Source of the DNA: Eledone cirrhosa
Taxonomy: Eukaryota
Assembly: GCA_964016885.1 (NCBI GenBank)
Contig: OZ024760.1
Location: forward strand, 5,022,001-5,086,000
Length of the DNA: 64,000 bases
Direction of reading: 5' to 3'
The notes beneath the pieces are model-generated. The model made no database searches. It was not told the DNA's origin and worked only from the letters and a program-made list of their open reading frames with translations. Shown in pieces: positions 1-15,000 of the stretch. Every line of letters starts with the position of its first letter. Position 1 is the first letter of the stretch. The translations under genes were made by a program, and so were the position numbers.

Positions 1-212
1 CTGTTGCATTACCATCTCCGTTTGTTTACATGTGTCGCTCGCTTCACCCTAATTTACATGTCCCAATAACTTTTCTTTAGTTATTGCTCGCACCAACCAG
101 AGGTATATGATCTTTAAAGCGAAGAAATACCAATGAAGGTTGGAAGATCACTGATGAAGGACTAATTTTATTCATATGTAACCCATGTGCAACCACGCAG
201 CACGCCATTTTT

Positions 213-261
<49 letters not shown>

Positions 262-592
262 AGAAATTAAAAGATGGTTAAAAAGATGGTTTTTATTATA
301 CGCATTTCAAAAACAAATATCGTCCCTGGATGATATTTGTTTTTGAAATGCGCATAATAAAATCATGGAACTTTTTTAGCCATCTTTTAATTTCTTCTTA
401 TATATATACTCCAGTCCAATAAACTGTTGAGTGCTACTTATCCGATATTTGCATTGCTTTATTGTGCTACAATAAAACTCACCTCCTACACTATATATAT
501 AAATGAAAGTATAAATGTGTGTGTGTGTTTGTGATGTGTGTATATTGGTGTGATACACACATGTATGTGTGCACATGGATATTGGTATAGAA

Positions 593-877
593 CAGAGGTT
601 CTCAAAGGTCAGGGGGTGTTGAGAAGGTCCAGGGGGGCGCTGGGACCTCAGGGGTTGGTAGAGATGATATAGTATATCAAATATCAAATGATACATATAT
701 AGTAAAATAAATAAAAATATATAATATTTGTTTATACATAGTATATATTATTATTTATTATATATTATTTGCAATTTGTGTGTAGGCAGGTCTCTCTGGA
801 AATAGGGTGGGATGGGGGCGCTGAGGTATTACATAGCCGTGAGGGGGGTGGCGGTGGCCCCAAAAATAGAACCTCTG
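593..877. mobile_element. hAT (Charlie-like) MITE
   Basis: TIRs CAGAGGTTCT/AGAACCTCTG; 8-bp flanks gtatagaa/gtgtagaa (7 of 8 match). Confidence 0.7.
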
Positions 878-1303
878 GTGTAGAATGTTACATTAGATAA
901 GGGACGTAACTCTGTCCGTTATTTTTCCACATGAATGTGACAAGATTATCCCTTCAGTTCATCGAGAATTAATAGATTTCTACGTGTTGTGAGATTACTG
1001 AAGACAACTGGAGACACAGAATACATATGGGGTAATGTTGTTAAATCTTTATTGCTTACTTTTTTTTTTATCCAGTTCAAATTTATTTATGGAAGTGGGA
1101 TAATTTTGATTGGAGGATAAAGCAATGAACTGGTACAAGTTATATATATATATATATATGCACGCATATGTAATTATATATATATATATATATATAGTAT
1201 ATACATTATATATATATGCACACACACATAATTATATATATATATATATTAGGTACATGTAATTACATATATATGTAATTATATATATTCATATATATAC
1301 ATG

Positions 1304-1340
<37 letters not shown>

Positions 1341-1660
1341 ATAATAATAATAAATTTGAAGACTAAAATCCAAAGAGGGCTCGATAAGGATAAATATATA
1401 TCAAATATATTAGAACCGTAGAGCAAATATTTATTAAAATAACAGAGTAAAGTTTAAGCAAAGAATCGCTGCTTTCACCCTTAACGGGATCTTCATACAT
1501 ACACACCTCACTTTATATGGTATGATTCATAAGGCTTCCAGTGTGCTGAAAACAGCTTGGTATCTATACACCAGCGTTGTACCATTTTGGCTAGCTCACG
1601 TATACTGTGAAATAATAGGGATCATCCTGTTGTATAGCAAGCCTGGTGTTAGTGGCTGCA

Positions 1661-1705
<45 letters not shown>

Positions 1706-2217
1706 TAGACATTTAATGTAGTGCTGAGTTCAAATCCATGTAGGAGGTTGTTGGGTGCATAGGGTCTATTAGTTGTAGATAGGGACCTTCCTCCCACAAA
1801 AACAAAAGGAAAAATATACAGGCTTATCAATATATATATATACATACACACACACTTCGATCATTACTTGGCTACTAATACAGGGGGCGGGGGGAACAAA
1901 AAAATATCAAAAGTTTCATTTCAAGCGAAACCCCTCATGTGAAATAGTCTGAAGAGATTTTCTGATTAGGGCACAGATTTTGTCCGGCTGCTAACCACAT
2001 GTATATATTTTAGCCACATCCATTGTTATAGTCCTTATGAATGGGGCTTACTGAAACATCACTTGTATTTTCTTACCCTACACATCATCATCATAAATGC
2101 TAATCCCTGTCTTCACCCTCACCCTCTCTGCAGCAGCCTACACTAACCAGTCAGCCAGCCAGTCAGCCAAGTAACACATCAGTCCACCTGTACACCATAT
2201 TAGTCCGTTGTGGATCT

Positions 2218-2397
2218 TCAGTTTTGGGACTCGGTCGTCCAACCTATGGATCTCTCGATCCACTCGCGCATGGATGATATCTTTGTGAAGATATTTGGTG
2301 AATTGGCTGCACAATTGTAGCGTCCCTTTGACAGTATTCCTACCATAGTCCATCGATTGTCAGGCTCCCAACACATCAACGCCCCTCCACTGTCACC
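2218..2397 (-). CDS. Last exon: protease C-terminus with catalytic Ser
   Basis: cag|GGT GAC AGT GGA GGG encodes [47 protein letters not shown]...QN then TGA; phase 0. Confidence 0.95.
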   Translation of the reverse strand, partial: GDSGGALMCWEPDNRWTMVGILSKGRYNCAANSPNIFTKISSMREWIERSIGWTTESQN

Positions 2398-5300
2398 CTG
2401 TAAAAGAATATTGAACATTTGTTTTTATTGATTTATTGGTAGCAGATGAGGCTTGGGTATTAAAAGCCAAATCTCTATATATACTTATAGTGTTATATTT
2501 GGGGAAGGTCTTGTTATAATATTGCCAGAAATATATACTAAAACACGCTCACTGTTTGGCTTGGGTTCGTTTTCGTTTTGGTATATTTTATATTTCTATA
2601 ATTAATTTAGTTTGCAATCAATGTTTATCATTGATTGACCAACAGTTAAAAATATAGATATAAATATAGTCTCTCAGAGTTTTTTTGTCACACACATGTA
2701 ACCATAGTATCACTGATGATGTCCCAGATGTGTGACAAGGGAGTGTTTGAGGACTCTGTCCCTACAACTCTCTCAGGAATATGTGGTGAAGAAGAATGAA
2801 GACTTACGTAACATCCTGTGATGGAACTTTCCATATATCCAGCACACAAATTGTGCTCCCAGTTTGGTTGCGGTCGGAAACCTATGCAGTTGGTGGGGTC
2901 TCGAATAATCATACGTACTTCATGTAAGTAGTTGCTGTATCTGCGTTTACTATCTGGAGGTGGAGACGTGTGATGAAGGGTGGTGTTGAGAGAGACAGAT
3001 AGAAAGAAAGAAAAGATAATATTAGAGTAACAACATACAGTAGAATGAAACAGTACAATCTAAGGAAACTAGTAACAGTCTGTATATATAGAGAGAGACA
3101 AAATATGGGTTGAAGGAGGAGTATACTGATTCAAGTGGTGGGTAAAAAGTGAATTTGGGTTATATGATGTTTACAGTATAAAAGAAAAAGCGAAGTGGAA
3201 AATAGAAATCAAACAAGAGAAAGTAGGGAGGAAGTGATGGACTCTACACCCCAGTCTGGGCAGTATATTCCAAACAGTGGAATAAGGGTTTATGCTACGA
3301 AGATGAGAAGTCTTTCTGTCATATATTCTTCTCTTCCCCCTCTTCCTCTCTTCCATCCTTTCCTTTCCTTCTCCTTTCTTTCATCCATTCTCCTCTCTCT
3401 CCCCTTCTGCTTCTTTCTCCCTCCTCTCTCTCTTCTCCCCTCCCCTCTTTCTTTCATCCACTTTTCTTCTCCCCCCTCTCCATCTCATTTTTCACTCCCT
3501 CTCCCTACCTCCCTCTCTCCTACTTCTCTCTTCCCCTCTTTCTTTCATCCCCTTTTCTCCTCCCCCCTCTGTCTATCTTATGTTTCACTCCCCCCTCCTT
3601 CTCCTCCTTCTCGCTACTTACTCTCCAGCCTGTGGGAGCTGCCCCATCCAGTCAAGTAACAGGCGGATCTTTCGTCATGTTTCGGTATCTCCGGCATGCA
3701 GATCGGTTTGATGCGGAAGCTGGATGCCACGGGGTGTCTCAGGTGGAGCAAGGCAATATCCGGATCGGGTTGAAATGCAACCAGCTTCATGTGTTCTGGC
3801 ATGACAATCTGGTCCACTGGGATTCGTGTGCCATTCATCAGTCCCTGGTATAGGTCGATTTCTCCGAGGACGACGGAAAAGTAGTAAGGCACCTTGGTTC
3901 GGTTCCACATACTGTATATTTGAATAGAAACAGAATTAAGCCTTTAACATTCACATGACTCTATATATACTAAGGGCGGTGAATTGGCAGTATCGGTAGA
4001 GGGTTTGACGCCATGCTTTCTAGCATAGTTATGTCCCTTTACGATCTGAGTTCAAATCCCGCCGTGGTTAACTTTGCCTTTCATCCTTACGGGGTCGATA
4101 AAATAAAGTACCAGTAATGTACTGGGTAATTGCTGGCCTTGTGCCTAAAAGTAGAAACAATTACTCTATATATACTATTATATTTTCATGGTAAAGGCTT
4201 TACCTCACATAATTATCTCACATAATATCGAATCTATGAGATTTTGAAAGGATTTATTTTAAGAACAATACCTTAACATCAGTTTGAGTGACCAGTTACA
4301 GCCAGTTTCAACAGAAAAAGGTAGAGAATTCTGGCCGGTTTTGGCCGGTTTGAACATTAAAGGGTTAAACACACATACATAAATCTTTCTGTATCTATCG
4401 TAGTTATGTTATATGTGTAGTCAGTGCCTTCGGTCGTTTTTTTTGGTGTCACACTTTATAACTTAGAGTCACACATTGAGTACTTTGTAATTGCCTCAAA
4501 CAAATCAAATAGTACTTGCTGTACAACAGCTAAACTTTGATTTGTAACTATTATCTATATATATCCAGGGGGTGTAACATGGAGTTACTTTAGGTTCACC
4601 CGGGTGAGCACTCGATGTTTAGGTTCACTTCTGTGACGAGGTGTAGAGCTTGACAGTGTATTATAGTAAAATAAAACAAGGACGAGTTGTTACTCCTTAA
4701 TTATGTTTATTGGTTGGTGACGCGCGTTTCACCACTAATCAGCTCAAGTTTCGATCTGTATCGATCTAACCCGACTCTGTAATTCACGGCTCGTCAGACC
4801 CCTTATAATGGTAATGAAAAAATTCATCATCCTCAATATCATTGTTTAATGTCCATCTTCCATGCTAGCATGGGTTTAACAGTTTTGTTCCACTTGAGGT
4901 GAGATTGGTCGGGAGACCGTGTCTCACTCGTACATAACTGTTTCTGGCAGGTTTTCTACGGCTGGACGCCCTTCCTAACACCAACCATATTTATAGTGTG
5001 GACTGGGAGCCTTTTTACCGTGTCTCCTACATGACCACTTCACAGTGTGAACTGGGTGCTTTTTGTTGATCACCAACACGATATATATACATATCTATGA
5101 GTAGGGTTTGGCATGGTCAACCAGCCAGGCCTACCTCATAATGGGACCACCCAGTTCCACACTGTAAACGTGGTTGGCGCTAGGAAGGACATTGAGCAGT
5201 CATAAAAACCCAGCTGAAATATGGCCTGGTATGAGCAAGGTGCAACGCAACCAACTGGCCTGACTAGCCTCATAAATGGTACCACCCAGAGCTACACTGA

Positions 5301-5729
5301 TATATATATATATATATATATGTATAAGTAGAAGTAGTATTTAATTTGTTGGAAGTCCGACAAATATAAATGTTTATAACTGATTTAGAGCACTCAACCG
5401 ATAACTGGGGTAAATATTTAATGATATTAAATAAATGGAAACTATATTTATAAAACCATAATTATTATATATATATTTCAAGGGCAACCAAGACAACATT
5501 GGTGCGCTTTCATCAGATAAAATACAAAGTTTGTTTTATAAATAGAGAATACCCATCGGTTGGAAATTCACTGGATAGTCTGGGTATGTCTCTATTTACG
5601 GGTATGTCTCTAGTCATGGGTATGTCTCTATATATAATAAAATAAATATGGTTTTGTAAATATAGTTTCCATTTATTTAATATCATTAAATATATATATA
5701 TATATATATATATTGATGATGATGATAAT

Positions 5730-5766
<37 letters not shown>

Positions 5767-6016
5767 GACAATATTTATTTATTAATATTGTTAATATTAA
5801 TAATACTCAAGATGAATTTTGTAGAGTGCTTCAAATCTGTTATAAGATTAATTCTGTTGAATAATAATTAACAAACCATATAACTCATTGTTTATATATC
5901 TATAACAGCAATAGCAACACATCAATAATAATAATGATGATGATGATTAGCATAGATTTACATTTGCAAACCAAGGTATTTAGAAACGTGAAGCACACAC
6001 ACTCACACACACACAC

Positions 6017-6061
<45 letters not shown>

Positions 6062-9000
6062 CACACGCATACACACACACACGCATACACGCACACACAC
6101 ACGCATACACGCACACACACACGCATACACACACACACACACACACGCATACATGCACACACACATACATGCACAAATATACATATACATCCATATATAT
6201 ATAAAGATATGTATACAGACCCTGTCACAATACAGTGTGCTGCTGTTACAAGCCATTGGTCAGAAATAAGTGTAGCGCCACATATTGGCTCCCCCAGGTA
6301 GAGCACTGAAGCAACCCATGGCCAGGTGTAGCGATGTGCTAGGTCTCCACCGATGATGAATTTCTGGTACTGTATTGAATGGTGTTTGTTGGTGCCACAT
6401 ACTGAAAATATTAAGGAACAGAATCTAGACTGCTTGGTTATATTCAATGACTAGGGGTCAATGTTGACATTTGAAAGATTATATAGAATTAACATTGGAG
6501 AATTGTGTGCAGTTTTAGGTATGGGAAGTGTGTTTCTATATAGTTGTGTGGAGAAGTGTAGTTATGTAAGAAGTGTTTGTAAGTGTAGAGAAGTGTTGTA
6601 GTTATTTAGGGAATGCTTGTAAGTATAGTGAAGTGTTGTAGTTGTGTAAGGAGTATTTGTAAGTGTAGAGAAGTGTTGTTGCAATGTAGGAAGTGTTTGT
6701 AAGTGTAGAGAAGTGTTGTAGTTATTTAGGGAATGCTTGTAAGTATAGTGAAGTGTTGTAGTGTAAGGAGTATTTGTAAGTGTAGAGAAGTGTCGTTGCA
6801 ATGTAGGAAGTGTTTGTAAGTGTAGAGAAGTGTTGTAGTTATTTAGGGAATGCTTGTAAGTATAGTGAAGTGTTGTAGTTGTGTAAGGAGTATTTGTAAG
6901 TGTAGAGAAGTGTTGTTGCAATGTAGGAAGTGTTTGTAAGTGTAGAGAAGTGTTGTAGTTATTTAAGGAATGCTTGTAAGTATAGTATAGTGAAGTGTTG
7001 TAGTTGTGTAAGGAGTATTTGTAAGTGTAGAGAAGTGTTGTTGCAATGTAGGAAGTGTTTGTAAGTGTAGAGAAGTGTTGTAGTTATTTAAGGAATGCTT
7101 GTAAGTATAGTATAGTGAAGTGTTGTAGTTGTGTAAGGAGTATTTGTAAGTGTAGAGAAGTGTTGTTGCAATGTAGGAAGTGTTTGTAAGTGTAGAGAAG
7201 TGTTGTAGTTATTTAGGGAATGCTTGTAAGTATAGTGAAGTGTTGTAGTGTAAGGAGTATTTGTAAGTGTAGAGAAGTGTCGTTGCAATGTAGGAAGTGT
7301 TTGTAAGTGTAGAGAAGTGTTGTAGTTATTTAGGGAATGCTTGTAAGTATAGTGAAGTGTTGTAGTTGTGTAAGGAGTATTTGTAAGTGTAGAGAAGTGT
7401 TGTTGCAATGTAGGAAGTGTTTGTAAGTGTAGAGAAGTGTTGTAGTTATTTAAGGAATGCTTGTAAGTATAGTGAAGTGTTGTAGTTGTGTAAGGAGTAT
7501 TTGTAAGTGTAGAGAAGTGTTGTTGCAATGTAGGAAGTGTTTGTAAGTGTAGTGAAGTGTTGTAGTTGTTTAGGGAGTATTTGTAGATGTAGCGAATTGT
7601 AGTTATTTAGGGAGTGTTTGTAAGTGTAGGGGATGCTTTTAAGTGTAAAGAAGTGTTGTAGTTATATAGGGAGCGTTTGTAAGTATAGGGAAGGAGTATT
7701 TGAGGACTCTGCCCCCTAAGGAGAAGACTAAAGACTTCAATTTTTAATATGATGCAGGTAAAATGCTGTTTTGTGATTTTCAAGAATGTTTGGCTTATGT
7801 GGTTTCATGTGGTACACAGGGCGTTAAGAGTTAATTGAACCATAATTAGACTTCTACTGTTTATAGGGTTGTCAGATGATGATGATAATGATGACAGTAA
7901 CATCATCCCAACATCAGCAACATGTACTTACCTCTTTCATTACAAGACATATGAACAACCTTCTTACTCTCGCAGGACCTATCAATGAGACATAAACAAT
8001 AATAATATTAATGGTTTCTGATTTAGGCACAAGGCCAGCAATTTGGGTGGATGACAGTGGTGATGGTTCTGCCGATCACAAATATATCGCTTTGATCGAT
8101 TGACCTCATTCGCTTGCCGAGTGGGGTGGATCTCATCAAATCGGACCAAGGAAATGATGTTTCAATTGGTCTTTCCATTGCTGATACTATCTACTGGTCA
8201 CAACTCCTGGCAGAGAGAACAACGTGAAATAAAGTGTCTTGCTCAAGGACACAACACATCATCCAGTCTGAGAATTGAACTTGCAACCTCATGATTGCAA
8301 ATCCAACCCTCTAACCATGAAGCCATAATATATATGTATGTATGGAACCATAACTCGTGAGGGAGTCAGAGAAGTGCTTTAGTAACATACAGCATTTCTA
8401 AGGCATTTTTAAAACCTGGCAGAGCTCATCTTCTCTCCAGGTCTGACTACAGCAAATTTCTTCCAAAGAAAGATAGAGAAGTGAGAAAGAGAAATAGAAT
8501 AAAAATCTACCCTAGTATTAGACTGGTATTTTTTTTATCGACATCGAATGGATAAAAGGTAAAGTTGGCCTCTGTGGGATTTGAACTCAGTGAGCAGACA
8601 GACGAAACAACTACTGCAAAACATTCTATCTGACATTCTAATAACTCTGTCAATATCTATACATAGCAGAAAATCACAGCATACGATCATTCTTTCCAGT
8701 GGTGATAATGGCAATAATAGTGATGATAGTTAGTGGCTGTGGTGGTGGTCATGCTTGTACTTACGATGTAGTCCTGATGTAATTTTGAAGTGGGTAGTTG
8801 AGAGTTTCACTAAGTATCTGCTGGTATGATCTGGTGCTTTCAGGTGCATCAAGTAACTCAACTCTCCTTACATTCCTACAACAACAACAACAGTTAAGAG
8901 AGGAAAAGAATATTGATTTTCTTTTTCTAAATAAGGCACAAGGCCAGCAGATTTGGGAGAAGGGTAAAATTGATTAAATTAATCACCAGGGATTTGAACT

Positions 9001-12000
9001 AGGAGTTCAGAGAACTGGTGAAGACACTCTGAGGTCTTTTTAATACAGCACACCTAACAACTCTGCCAATCCATTGCCTTATGTCAAATATGACCAGTGC
9101 AAGATGTTTGTAAGTGTAGAGAAGTGTTGTAGTTCTGTAGGAAGTGTTTGTAAGTGTAAAGAAGTGTAACAATCACACAGGCAGTGTTTATAAGTGTAGA
9201 GAAGTGTTGTAGTTCTGTAGGAAGTGTTTGTAAGTGTAAAGAAGTGTAACAGTCACACAGGAAGTGTTTGTAAGTGTAGAAAAGTGTTGATTTATGTAGG
9301 GAGTGTTTGTAAGTGTAGAGAAATATTGTATTTATGCAGGGAGTGTTTGTAAGTGTAGAGAAGTGTTATAGTTATGTGAAGATGTGTTTGTAAGTGTAGA
9401 GAAGTGTCATAGTTATGTAGGAAGTGTTTCCAGCAATGCATGTGGTATTTATAAGTGTTGTAGTTACATAGCGAGTGTCTGTAAGTGTTACTTACTTATG
9501 TCGGAGATATTTACAAACAAATGAAGCCCAATCTTTAGACCAGTTATTGGCACAGACCATACTGGTTTTACCCCGTAGTGTGAGTGCTAGTACAGGTAGT
9601 GACTTTGAGGAATCAGATGTTCTCAGTGATACTGAAAGTAGAAGAAAATTTAAGTACACCAAAATCTGCCTGAGTTTTTGGTCAAAAGTTACCAAAAATA
9701 CTACAATGAAAATATTTGCATCAAAACTAAATTAAGTAATTAATAGGTGGTCTTGAGTGATGGAAGGAAGGTAGGGGGCTGAATTAAGTGCAAGAATTGC
9801 AGGAGTTGGTGCAGTAATGCACCATCTTCAGCATTCAGTCATCAGAAGAAATAGTATGGTAGTATTATGATAGTGTAGTGGTAATAATGTGTTAATAGAA
9901 TGGTAAAAGAATGGTAGTATATGGTAGTATTGTGATAGTGTAGTAGTAATAGTGTGTTAATAGAATGGTTGTATTGTGATAGTGTAGTGGTGATAAATTA
10001 GTAGTGTAATGGTAATGTAGTGTTAGTGCAATAGTAGTATAGTCGTTGGGCAGTGATAGTATAGTCGTCATACGATGGTAGTGCAATAGTATTATAGTCG
10101 TCATACAATGGTAGTGCAATGGTAGTATAGTCATCGTGCAGTAAGACAATAACAGTGCAGTAAAATACAAGATGTCGCCAACTCCACTTACCACACAAGG
10201 CTTCATCTTCTCCATCAGAACAGTCCCACTGCATATCACACACAGAGCTACGGTTGATGCAACGGTATTCTCGGGTGCACACAAACTCACTGGCCTCGCA
10301 GTTATCTGCAGTGGTATAATGTCAAACATTTACATTGTTGTGGTGCTGGGTTGCATAATGAAACAATTATATATATATCTAGCATGGAAAGCAGACATTA
10401 ACCCTTTAACATTTACATTACTCTCTATATACTATTATACTTTCATGGTAAAGTCTTTACCTCACGTAATATCGAATCTATGAGATTTTGATATTATTTA
10501 TTTCAAGAACAATACTTTAACATCAGTATGAGTGGCCTCTTATAGCCAGTTTGAACAGAAAGAGGTGAGAGCATTCTGACTGGATATGGCCAATTTAAAT
10601 GCTAAAGGGTTAAATGATGATATTGTATCAGACCTGTGATATTCTGTGGATCAAGATTCTTGTTGAAAGATCTTTGATAGGAAGGATTTTTTTTTTAGTG
10701 GTATAAATTTTAAGTTCAGTTTTTTGTGGTGTGTTTTTTTTGGCTAGTTTAGGCTTGTATTTGGTTGTTTTGTAGGCTTGTGTAAGGAAAAAGATTATAT
10801 ATTATATCACGCCTCTCGCTACCATCAATTTGATATTTGTGCCAACCCTTACCTGTGGTATTGAATACGATCACGAATACAAGTGGTTGAAATGAGGTTC
10901 CTCCAAAGCGTCTTTGGAGTAATGTTACAACTCTACGATTATGGGCATATGGTTAGAGGTTAGAACCTCTTTATCAAATGAAGAGAAATAAGATGTTTAA
11001 GATTAAGGCGTGGAAAGAAAAATAGCTTTTGGTGTGGAAATACATGTCAGAGTGCAGATAATAACTTCGGGTGAAGAAAAAAAGAACACGATTTTTATGA
11101 CTAAGGTGTGAAAATATATATATCTTCTGGGGCTCAAAATATTCAAGACGAAGATGCAGAATCAAAATATAATTGGGGACTTTTCACTTATAGTAAATGA
11201 AAATCAATATATTTTTAGATTATATAATTGGAGTTGTCTTCACATTGTCCCAATTTTGTGTATATTTTCTATTTTTTCATATCTTTCATTAACCCTTTAA
11301 CATTTACATTACTCTCTATATATACAATTGTAATCTCTTAATTATCTCACATAATATCGAATCTACAAGATTTTTAAATTATTTATTTTGAGAAATAATA
11401 CCTTAACATAAGTATGAGCAGCTGGGGTTACAGCCAGTTTGAACAGAAAGAGGTGAGAGAATACTGGCCAGATACGGCCGGTTTAAATGCCACAGAAAAC
11501 TGCTCATAGTTCTATGATACAAAACAGTTTATTCTTAAATGTTTATATTTATCTAAAAACTTTCTATCATAATTTTACGCAAGAAACTTCGTTAGGTTAT
11601 ACTCTAAACACCAACTTAATAGTGAGAAAGTCAAATATATTACTAAATCCCTCCAAATTTTTTAGTGTTTTAAAAATTGTTTTAAAATTATTTTTGCTAG
11701 AAATATAGTAACAAAAGGGTTAAAATTGGATCAAATATGGCCATAAGTAACAATGCAATGCTTATACAACATAGTGAAGAAAGACACAAATTTGTGAAAA
11801 TCTGTGGATGAAAGAGAAAGAGAGGACTAGAGGTGGAGTGAGGTAGAAGCGGGCAGGCAGATAGAGATTGGATGTAATTTTAGGGTCCATATTGAAGGGT
11901 TCGTGTGTCGAATAATACCTTTGAATGGATAGATATTTTCTGATGCTGCTGTTGTTGGGCCAACAGTTGTACTACTTCTACTATTACTATTAATAGTAGC

Positions 12001-15000
12001 ATTATCTGTAAAATGATGATTATTCAGAAAAACAAAACAATTAACAATGATGAACACATTGGTTTGTGTGTTGTACATAAATATGGTACTTTTGATAATG
12101 TGTAACTTGTAAATGAGGTTTTCTCTCTGTGGTGTGTATAGTGTGTAGATATGATACTATATCTCTGTGGTGTGTATAGTGTGTAGATATGATACTGTAT
12201 CTCTGTGGTGTGTATAGTGTGTAGATATGATACTGTATCTTTGTGGTGTGTATAGTGTGTAGATATGATACTGTATCTCTGTGGTGTGTATAGTGTGTAG
12301 ATATGATACTGTATCTTTGTGGTGTGTATAGTGTGTAGATATGATACTGTATCTTTGTGGTGTGTATAGTGTGTAGATATGATACTGTATCTCTGTGGTG
12401 TGTATAGTGTGTAGATATGATACTGTATCTTTGTGGTGTGTATAGTGTGTAGATATGATACTGTATCTTTGTGGTGTGTATAGTGTGTAGATATGATACT
12501 GTATATAGGCAGTGAATTGGCAGTCAATAGAACGTTGGATAGAATACTTTATGGTATTCGTTCCAGTTGTCTGCTCTCTGAGTTCAAATCCCACTGAGGT
12601 CAGCTTTGCCTTTCATCCATTGAAGGTCAATGAAAAAAGTACTAGTCTAGTACTAGGGTCGATTCGTCCTCTATATTTCTTTCTCATATTCTTTCTCTCT
12701 CTGGGAGAAATCTGTTGTACTCAGGCCTAGAGAGGGATGGACTCCAACAGGCTTAAAATGTCCAAGAAACACCATACTGACATACGGCACCTATCCAACT
12801 CTATCAGGAGTTATGGGACCATACATACATGACACTGTATCTGGTATGTAGCTGTTATTGTTTGACCCTGGGTCAACTCTGATAGTCCTATTATCAAAAG
12901 CATTCTAGCTGTGACTATTTCATATTTTTAGGGGTATGCATGACTATATTATCTAATGTGTCTTTGCTTTTTTTAAAACAGTAGGCTACAATTCACGGGA
13001 GACTTAGCAGCTATTTCTAGCATTGACTGACTGCATAAAGGCCCCCTTATTTCTTCGATGTGGTGTATAATTGTTGTTGTTGTTTAGTCCCAGGTTAGTC
13101 CTCATAAATAGAGGAGAGCTGGACAGCAGAAGGCCTTAGGAGATGACCCCCGCCCCCCACCATGCCTCAAGCAAGTGTTTCGGCCTTTAACTTCAAAGGA
13201 CATTCCAGTTATGACCAAACTCTCCTTATTCTGGAATAGTGTATAGACTGAACATGTTGTGTGTACTTTTATAAGATGGTAGGGTAGTTTTGGGGAGAAT
13301 TTGTAGTTTCTAGCAGTTCAGTTCAAGGAGGTCATTGATGTTGTCCCAAGTGGTGACAGCAGGCCAAAGGTTATAAGTAATTTTCAATAGGGAGTTTCTT
13401 TCCACCCACCCTGTATATGTATGTGTGTACTTGCAGATGGCAATGCAAAAGAATACAAACGAGGTACAAAATTTAGATTAAAATTTAACTTACAACATTT
13501 AGCTTCATCAAATCCGCCAGGGCAATCTTTGCTACCATCACACCACCATTTTTGTGGAATACATTTACCTCCTGGGCAGGGGATTTCACCAGCGGAACAA
13601 TCTGGAAAACAAGAAGAAAAGAAGCAAAACAAATCAATGCTTTGACAGCATCACATTAAAAATTAATGTATTTAACCCTTTAGCATTTATATTACTCTAT
13701 ATTTACTATTATATTTTCATAGTGAAATTAATGTATTTAACTCTTTAGCATTTACATTACTCTATATTTACTATTATATTTTCATGGTAAAGGCTTTACT
13801 TCACATAATTATCTCACATAATATCGAATCTATGAGAGAACCATACCTTAATATCAGTATGAGCAGCCGGTTTAAACAGAAAGATGAGAGAATTGTGGCC
13901 AGATACGGCCGGTTTAAATGCTAAAGGGTTAATCTAACACTGCAAATCTGTCTACAGGTAAAGATACTATAAACATTTGAATCAACAAACCCATTTAAAA
14001 ATATTTCCTGCAAAATCCTTACATATATGTGGTTCAGCTGAAAGGTTCATAAGCTGACTATGAAGGAGTGATGCTAGAGCTGTGAAATCTTGCATGCATT
14101 AATTTCAAATCTTTTTATTAATAACTGCATTGCTTCTTTCCAGGGACTATGTTGAAAAATAAACCTCATTTGGTCACTCAATGAGAGTATCTTGGACATA
14201 GGTTGACTATGAAGAAGTGATGCTAGAGCTATGAAATCTTGCATGCATTAATTTCAACACTCTTTATTAATAACTGCATTGTTTCTTTCCGGAGACTATG
14301 TTGAAAAATAAACCTCATTTGGTCATTCTATGAGAGTATCTTGGTCGCCTATGAACCTTTCAGCTGACCTTCGTAGATATATAATTGAACCACTTACTGC
14401 ATATTTGTTCATCACTGTTGTCGCCACAATTATCTTCTTTGTTGCACCATTTTTCTGCATCAATACACAAGTTATTGTTGCACCGTCGTTTGGGAAATTT
14501 GCATACTACAGAAAAAAAGAAACTAGTCACATTTGTGCATGGCTTAATGAGACTATAAACAAATATAAAGTAGACCAAATCCAATGCTCCTAGGGGCAGC
14601 CCTGGTTCTTCTTTTTTGCGAGTGTAAACTCGGCCAGATTAGATTAATGAGACTAAGGTATTCAGCTCCCAATGGTAACATTGAGAGTTCATTGTCACTG
14701 ATTCTGTTAGAAATAGCAGCCAAATTCATTTCAAGTTACATTCCAACATTTTCAAAAAATGGAGATATTGGATAATGTATTCCTAGGTACACATTGTCCA
14801 AGACTAAGATGAGTTGGTCATGGCTGGAATACCTTCAATCTTATGATCACATCAGTGAGGATGATGATGGCACAAGGCCAGCAATTATCCCAGTGTATTA
14901 CTGGTACTTTATTTTATCGACCCCTCCCCCCCCCCCCCGTAAGGATGAAAGGCAAAGTTAACCTCGGCGGGATTTGAACCCAGACCGCAAAGGGACGTAA

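Noticed and set aside
146-200. Hammerhead at ctgatga (151), with a relative at ~50924
   Set aside because: No downstream helix II-GAAA-helix III-UH arrangement could be fitted.
3195-3659. 154-aa Pro/Leu/Ser/Phe ORF on the plus strand
   Set aside because: It is a low-complexity CT-rich intronic tract antisense to the protease gene.
6562-7528. Thr-rich repetitive ORFs as a mucin exon
   Set aside because: They are translations of the 120-bp minisatellite. Exon 7932-7978 joins 6221-6401 in phase without them and unit indels shift frame.
10853-10935. Possible exon with a strong CAG|gtaagg donor on the minus strand
   Set aside because: There is no good phase-1 acceptor (only a weak GAG), an in-frame stop lies just upstream, and no domain similarity is evident.
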